Assembly (NCBI GenBank): GCA_903912445.1
Contig: CAIWHP010000084.1
Location: 3,621-67,620 of the forward strand
Direction of reading: 5' to 3'
Source: an uncultured Lentisphaerota bacterium
Lineage (GTDB): Bacteria; Verrucomicrobiota; Kiritimatiellia; CAIQIC01
Length of the DNA stretch: 64,000 bases
Below the pieces are notes generated by a model that saw only the letters and a program-made list of their open reading frames with translations, did no database searches and was not told where the DNA came from. This document shows positions 59,116 through 64,000 of the stretch, piece by piece; the stretch's first letter is position 1; every line of letters starts with the position of its first letter. Both the position numbers and the translations under genes were made by a program.

Positions 59116-62100
59116 TTTTCCTGTAAAAGGGTGACGGGCCCGAGCAGCCCGGCGGGCTGGGGCAGCGGCGTGGCCTTCCGCTTGTGCGATTCCTTGATGC
59201 GGATGTTCGTCTTCGTCAGGCGCTGGTCGTCCGGCAGGGCTTCGTCGGCCAGCACGCGGTTCCACCAGCCGTTGACCACGTCGATTTCGAGCGCGTTGCC
59301 TGTGGGCTTGACCGCGCCGGTGATCTCGACCTGAAACGGCGCCGCCCAGACGACGCCGAGGTTCTGCCCGTTCAGCCGGACCTCGGCGATGAAGCCGAGA
59401 CTGCCGAGGTTGAGGAAGAGCGGGTTGGATGGTGGATGGTGGATGGCGGATGGCAGGTCGAACGTTTTCCGATACGTCGCCGTGCCGCTGTAGGCCTTGA
59501 GGCCCGGTTCGGGGCGCTCGGTCCAGCTGACGAGCTGCGCGAACTCGGCCGCGGCCGGCGCGCCCCACTTGGCGTCGAACGTCACATGCCAGGCGCCGGT
59601 GAGCTCGCCGACCTGCGTCAGCGTCGGGAAATTATTACCGTTGCCGTTGGTTGTGGCGGGCTTCTGGAAGATCACGAACTGCGAGCCATAGGCCGGCAGC
59701 TCCAACGGCACGGTCGTGCGCCCGTCGGCCTGTGTGAAGGCGGCGGCGTCGCGGCGCGCGCCGGTCACGGCGTCCCACAGCTCCGGCTGCTTGCCGCTGA
59801 CGCGGAAGGTGGCGGCAATTTTCTGCGCTTCGGCTTCCTGGTTGCTGATGAAATAAATGTCGACACCCCCATCGCAGCGATGAATCCAATCCATCCTTGG
59901 ATGTTCGATGTTGGATGTTCGGTGTTCGATGTTCAATTCCACGTCCGGCTTGACCGAGAGCGCGGCGAGCGCCGCCTTCGCGGACACCGGCTTGATGCGG
60001 CCGCTGTCCCAGAGTTCGTCGGCGATCTGCTTCAACTCGGCGTCGCCCTGCCGTCCGGTGGTGCGCTCCGGCTTCGGACCGATGACGACCGCGCCGGCGA
60101 GCACCAGTTCGCGGATTTTTCGCGCGGCGGCGAGTGACATGGTCTTGACGCTCGGCAGCGCGAGCACGCGGTAGCTCATGCCGTCGGGCAACACGAGGCG
60201 CCCGTCCTTGACGCTCATGCGCGTCAGCAGCACTTCCTCGTTGCAGACGTCGTAGTCGTATTCCGGCAGCACCTTGGCGGGATCATCCTTTTTCAGGCGG
60301 ACAAAATTCGGGACGTGGTCGCCGTAGTAGAAGCAAACGTCGCCGACGAACCTGCCGCGCTGGAGCAGGAACTGGCTGCGGTCGAGGTACGAGATGAACG
60401 CGTGCGCCTGTTTCGCCCAGGTGATCTGCGGATTGAAATGCGTACCGGCGAAATACTCCTGACCTGGCAGCCCCATTTCCGGCGGCGAACAGGTGAACGC
60501 GTGCCAGAAGACCAGGTTCAGCCCGGCGCACGCCTCGTGGTCAAAGCTCGGCTTCTGCGAGCACCACAGCAGATCGTTCCACTGCGGACCGATCGAGGTG
60601 AAGCCCTCGGCGCAGGCGATCTGTTTGCCGTAAATGTGCGCGGCGGAGGAAGCCTGCTTGACGAAGAAGCGCTGCTCGTCGGCTGGCCGGTGCGGCGAGG
60701 GCACCCAGAATTCGCTCATCGGCATCGAGTTCAGGCCGAAGTTTTGCAAGCCGTCGAGGCACGCGCAGTGCGGGCCGCCGGATTCCGGCTGGATGCCCAT
60801 GCCAACTTTTTGCGCATACTCCGCCATCAGCGCGTAGTGGTTGTCGTGTACGAGGTCGGCGATGGTGCGGCGGAAATCGTTGAGGAATTTGTTGCTCTCG
60901 CCACGGCTGCTGACGATCCGGCCGGCAATCACGGGCAGCCACGGCTGGATCGCGTAGCCGCGCCGCTTCGCAAATTCCGCGGCAAAGATCCTCGTCCAGT
61001 TGACGCCGCCGAGTTCCCAGCTATCGGACTGGAAATTCTTCAGCGTCTTGCCCGCGAGCGGCCCGGCGTCGGCCAAGAGCGGCGCGATCATCTGCTGCCA
61101 GTAGCCGCGGAACGCGTCGGCGTCGAGATAGTCGAGGACCATGCCCCGCCACTCGCCGCTCGCGGTCGAGACGCGCGCGCCGTTGAGTGTGTAGCCGAAG
61201 CGCAACACCTGCCAGTTGCCCGCGGGCACGTCCCAGTTCAATTTGCCGTCGGTGAATTTGTCCGTCAGGTCAAGCACGTCGGCTGCGGCCACGTCTTCCT
61301 CGCCGGGCGTCGCGGGCACGTCTTCGAGCAGCGGTGCGCAGTCGGTGGCGCTGCCGCCGAGTTCATGGAAGGCGGCCTTCTGCTGCAAATCCCGGATCGG
61401 CGCACGGCCGCGGCCGGTGAGCAGCGGCGCGCCCTTGGCGTCGAGGGGGACGATTTCTGCGATCTGCACGTTGCGCGGCGTCTTCGGCTCGCGCGGATCA
61501 TAGGCGCCGCGGATCAGCAGGCGGAAATCCGCCGCGGTCTGGGGCGCGAAATGAATTTCCGCGGGCTTTTTGTTCTCCACGGTGAAGGCCTGCACGGTCT
61601 TGAATTTCTTGCCGTCGTCGGAGACCTGCCACTCGCATTCGCGCGGGCCGTAGCCGGGCCGGCCGACCACGCGCACGCCGCCGAGCGTCACCGGCTGTGG
61701 GAACGCGAGCGCGACCCACTCGGGGTTTTTCGCGCTCGGACCCTGGCCGACCGTGCTGCCGTGGCTGACCCAGAACGTGGCCTCCGAGCCATCGAGCATC
61801 GCCGCCGTGTTGCCCTCCACCTGCGCGGAGCTGACGCTGAGCTGCGGCAGCGGCGTGCCCGCGCCTTCCTTCTGCCGATAGGCGAGGACGAACGTGTCGC
61901 GGTAAAAATCGTCGCGCGCCTTCGGCTGCGGCAGCGAGCCGGAAAATTTTTGCGGCCCCGCGAGGCGCGCCTCCGCGAAGGCGATGCGCTTCGCCGACTC
62001 CTCCGGCTGCACGACCGGCCCGCCGAGATTCCAGCCGCTCTGGATGTTCAGGCTCACCTCAAGCCCGAGGCGATCGGCTTCCTTGAGCGCGTGTTTGAAC

Positions 62101-62390
62101 AACTCGCGCCACTCGGGGCTGCCGAACAGTGGCCCCGCTGGTACCGGCACATGCCCGCCCTGCGTTGCGCCGCCCGCGTCGAAAATCAAACCGCCGCCCA
62201 TGCCGATGGACTGCATCCACTCGAGGTCGTGCGTGATCGCCTGCTTGGTGACGTTGCCGTTGAGCCACCACCAATAGGCGCGCGTCCGCGCCGCGAGCGG
62301 CGGCTGGTTCCAGCCGGTTTCCAGCTCGCCGGCGCCGACGGCCAACGTGAGCAAGGCACCGCACGCGAGGAGTAGAGATGAGGTATTCAT
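59112..62390 (-). CDS. GH106-type alpha-L-rhamnosidase-like protein with F5/8 type C (CBM32-like) insert
   Basis: Signal from ATG 62390; RAYWWWLNGNVTK, SGWNLGGP, SDSWE, AEGFT, C-terminal AEVRLNG..NALEIDVVN.W.N..GLLGPV. Confidence 0.85.
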   Translation of the reverse strand: MNTSSLLLACGALLTLAVGAGELETGWNQPPLAARTRAYWWWLNGNVTKQAITHDLEWMQSIGMGGGLIFDAGGATQGGHVPVPAGPLFGSPEWRELFKHALKEADRLGLEVSLNIQSGWNLGGPVVQPEESAKRIAFAEARLAGPQKFSGSLPQPKARDDFYRDTFVLAYRQKEGAGTPLPQLSVSSAQVEGNTAAMLDGSEATFWVSHGSTVGQGPSAKNPEWVALAFPQPVTLGGVRVVGRPGYGPRECEWQVSDDGKKFKTVQAFTVENKKPAEIHFAPQTAADFRLLIRGAYDPREPKTPRNVQIAEIVPLDAKGAPLLTGRGRAPIRDLQQKAAFHELGGSATDCAPLLEDVPATPGEEDVAAADVLDLTDKFTDGKLNWDVPAGNWQVLRFGYTLNGARVSTASGEWRGMVLDYLDADAFRGYWQQMIAPLLADAGPLAGKTLKNFQSDSWELGGVNWTRIFAAEFAKRRGYAIQPWLPVIAGRIVSSRGESNKFLNDFRRTIADLVHDNHYALMAEYAQKVGMGIQPESGGPHCACLDGLQNFGLNSMPMSEFWVPSPHRPADEQRFFVKQASSAAHIYGKQIACAEGFTSIGPQWNDLLWCSQKPSFDHEACAGLNLVFWHAFTCSPPEMGLPGQEYFAGTHFNPQITWAKQAHAFISYLDRSQFLLQRGRFVGDVCFYYGDHVPNFVRLKKDDPAKVLPEYDYDVCNEEVLLTRMSVKDGRLVLPDGMSYRVLALPSVKTMSLAAARKIRELVLAGAVVIGPKPERTTGRQGDAELKQIADELWDSGRIKPVSAKAALAALSVKPDVELNIEHRTSNIEHPRMDWIHRCDGGVDIYFISNQEAEAQKIAATFRVSGKQPELWDAVTGARRDAAAFTQADGRTTVPLELPAYGSQFVIFQKPATTNGNGNNFPTLTQVGELTGAWHVTFDAKWGAPAAAEFAQLVSWTERPEPGLKAYSGTATYRKTFDLPSAIHHPPSNPLFLNLGSLGFIAEVRLNGQNLGVVWAAPFQVEITGAVKPTGNALEIDVVNGWWNRVLADEALPDDQRLTKTNIRIKESHKRKATPLPQPAGLLGPVTLLQEK
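59427..59454 (-). repeat. Heptamer repeat (RCCATCC x4) inside GH106 CDS
   Basis: ggatggt ggatggt ggatggc ggatggc on + strand; encodes PSAIHHPPS. Confidence 0.8.
59899..59933 (-). repeat. Heptamer repeat (AACAYCS x5) inside GH106 CDS
   Basis: ggatgtt cgatgtt ggatgtt cggtgtt cgatgtt on + strand; encodes NIEHRTSNIEHP. Confidence 0.85.
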
Positions 62391-62420
62391 GGCGCGCTTT
62401 ATAGGCGACCGCGTGCCGCT

Positions 62421-62466
62421 TTCCAAGCTTTGGAAATCGGCGCCGGTGTTTTGTCCGGGGCTGGGA
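62421..62466. repeat. TTCCAA-N3-TTGGAA (1 perfect plus 1 very degenerate copy)
   Basis: ttccaagctttggaa at 62421. Confidence 0.75.
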
Positions 62467-62517
62467 GGCGCTGAGGCGGGCAGGCCCCCGGCGCAGCGCA
62501 GCGGCCGGAGGGGGTAT

Positions 62518-62560
62518 AAAAAACACCAAGACCGGAAGAAGTTGGTCCTTCCGGTCTTGG
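62518..62560 (-). terminator. Rho-independent terminator of rpsT
   Basis: 13-bp stem ccaagaccggaag/cttccggtcttgg followed by TGTTTTTT on the - strand. Confidence 0.85.
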
Positions 62561-62581
62561 CAAACGTGGCGGGACGCCAGC

Positions 62582-62851
62582 TTACTTTGCGGCGACGGCG
62601 CGCACTTTGTTGGCGGCGCGGGTCTTGCGGCGCTGGGCGGTGTTGCTGGTGATGATGCCGCGCTTGGCCAGCTTGTCGAGCATGGAGCAATAGGCCTTGT
62701 ATTCGGCCGTGCCCATGACCTTGTCCTGCTTCTCCACCGCGGCAAACAGCTTGCTGCGCTGGGTCTTCAGGCTGCTCTTGGCGTTGACATTCCGGCTGTG
62801 CCGGCCGATCGCCTGACGAGCTCGTTTCGCTGCACCTTTGATATTTGGCAT
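62582..62851 (-). CDS. rpsT: 30S ribosomal protein S20
   Basis: MPNIKGAAKRARQ..RN...KSSLKT..LDKLAKRGII..NTAQRRK; RBS AGGAG. Confidence 0.93.
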   Translation of the reverse strand: MPNIKGAAKRARQAIGRHSRNVNAKSSLKTQRSKLFAAVEKQDKVMGTAEYKAYCSMLDKLAKRGIITSNTAQRRKTRAANKVRAVAAK

Positions 62852-63041
62852 CGTGTACTCCTGCTGGTAAAAAAAAGCGGCGTCATGATACGGGCCGCGC
62901 CCCGAATGTCAACCGCTTTTCACGATTTTGCGCCAGCGGGTGCGCCCGTTTCCCCCAACTTTCGGCAGGATCGCGCAACAACCTTCTTGATTTGGGCGGC
63001 GGCAGGCTCTATTTTCCGGCCGACCTTTTCAGGAGAACAGC

Positions 63042-64000
63042 ATGCCCAAAGAATTAGCTTTCGCGTTGATCAATCCGTACACGATCGCCAAGTCGCGCAC
63101 CGGCGGCGCGATCGGCCGGTTGATGAGCCGCACCGGGCTCGACCTGGTCGGGGCGCGCATGTTCGGCCCCAGCCGCGAGCTGGTCGAGCAGTATGCGACC
63201 AGCATCCGCAGCGACAAGGACCTCGACGTGGTCGAGCGGCAGCTGCTGAGCGACTACGTGCTCGGCGCCTACCTGCCCGACGTGCGCAGCGGCCGCCGTC
63301 GCCGCGTGCTGATGCTGCTCTTCGAGGGCGAGGACGCGGTGCAGAAGATCATCAAGGCCACCGGCCACATCGGCACCGGCCTCGATTCCGCCGAGACCGT
63401 CCGCGACACTTACGGCGACTACGTCCTCGACGAGCACGGCACGGTCCGCTATTTCGAACCGGCCGTGTTGATCGGGGCGAGCGCCGCGTCCGTCCAAGTC
63501 GCGCTCCAGCTGTGGTCGCAGCACTCGGCCAAGGATGGCGGCATCGTCGAGGAAGCGATGGATGTGCCGGGCGGCGAGACGTCGCAGAAGACGCTGGTGC
63601 TGATCAAGCCGGACAATTTCCGGTTCCCGAGTTCGCGGCCGGGCAACATCATCGACCTTTTCTCCGGCTCCGGCCTGCGCATCGTGGCCGCCAAGGTCCA
63701 CCGCATGAGCGTGGCGGAGGCCGAGCAGTTCTACGGGCCGGTGCAGCAGGTGCTGCGCGAGAAGTTGCAGGGCGTAGTCGCCGAGAAGGCCGCCAAGGCG
63801 CTGAACACCGAACTCGGCCTAGAGATTCCCGACGATATCAAGCGCACGCTCGGCGCGAGCCTCGGCCCGCTTTACGGCGACAACCAGTTCTTCCAGATCA
63901 TCCAGTTCATGACCGGCCAGATGCCGAACCACTGCCCCGCGGCGGAGAAGGCGCTGCCCGGCAAAGAGCGCTGCCTGGCGCTGATCTATGCCGGCCCGGG
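63042..64000 (+). CDS. ndk: Tandem-domain nucleoside-diphosphate kinase (runs off window end)
   Basis: Not in the ORF track (no stop in window); RBS AGGAG; MPKELAFALINPYTIAKSRTGG.. domain 1; KTLVLIKPD..GNIID..GLRIVAAK..AEQFYG domain 2. Confidence 0.8.
   Translation, partial: MPKELAFALINPYTIAKSRTGGAIGRLMSRTGLDLVGARMFGPSRELVEQYATSIRSDKDLDVVERQLLSDYVLGAYLPDVRSGRRRRVLMLLFEGEDAVQKIIKATGHIGTGLDSAETVRDTYGDYVLDEHGTVRYFEPAVLIGASAASVQVALQLWSQHSAKDGGIVEEAMDVPGGETSQKTLVLIKPDNFRFPSSRPGNIIDLFSGSGLRIVAAKVHRMSVAEAEQFYGPVQQVLREKLQGVVAEKAAKALNTELGLEIPDDIKRTLGASLGPLYGDNQFFQIIQFMTGQMPNHCPAAEKALPGKERCLALIYAGP

Overview
High-GC bacterial chromosomal segment. Gene content (long GreA, tandem-domain NDK, split GcvPA/PB, HZS-alpha/FGE fusion, many secreted CAZymes and a sulfatase) suggests a PVC-superphylum anaerobic polysaccharide degrader, possibly Kiritimatiellia/Lentisphaeria; this is inference. 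About 45 CDS/pseudogenes were identified; no rRNA, tRNA or CRISPR was seen. Top signals: (1) a glycyl-radical enzyme with a clear twin-arginine (Tat) signal peptide, translationally coupled to an upstream sulfatase and a downstream signal-less activase, and divergent from a GntR-oxidoreductase-ROK-isomerase-DeoC operon; (2) a dispersed palindrome TTCCAA-N3-TTGGAA in about 15 clusters of 2-4 copies phased at 31-32 bp (about 3 helical turns), several of them at pseudogene or island breakpoints; (3) a DksA-like protein lacking its coiled-coil tip; (4) many apparently leaderless genes, heptamer repeats inside a CDS, REP/MITE-like hairpins, an IS91-like remnant and several decayed genes. All family calls come from motif recognition by eye, not database searches.
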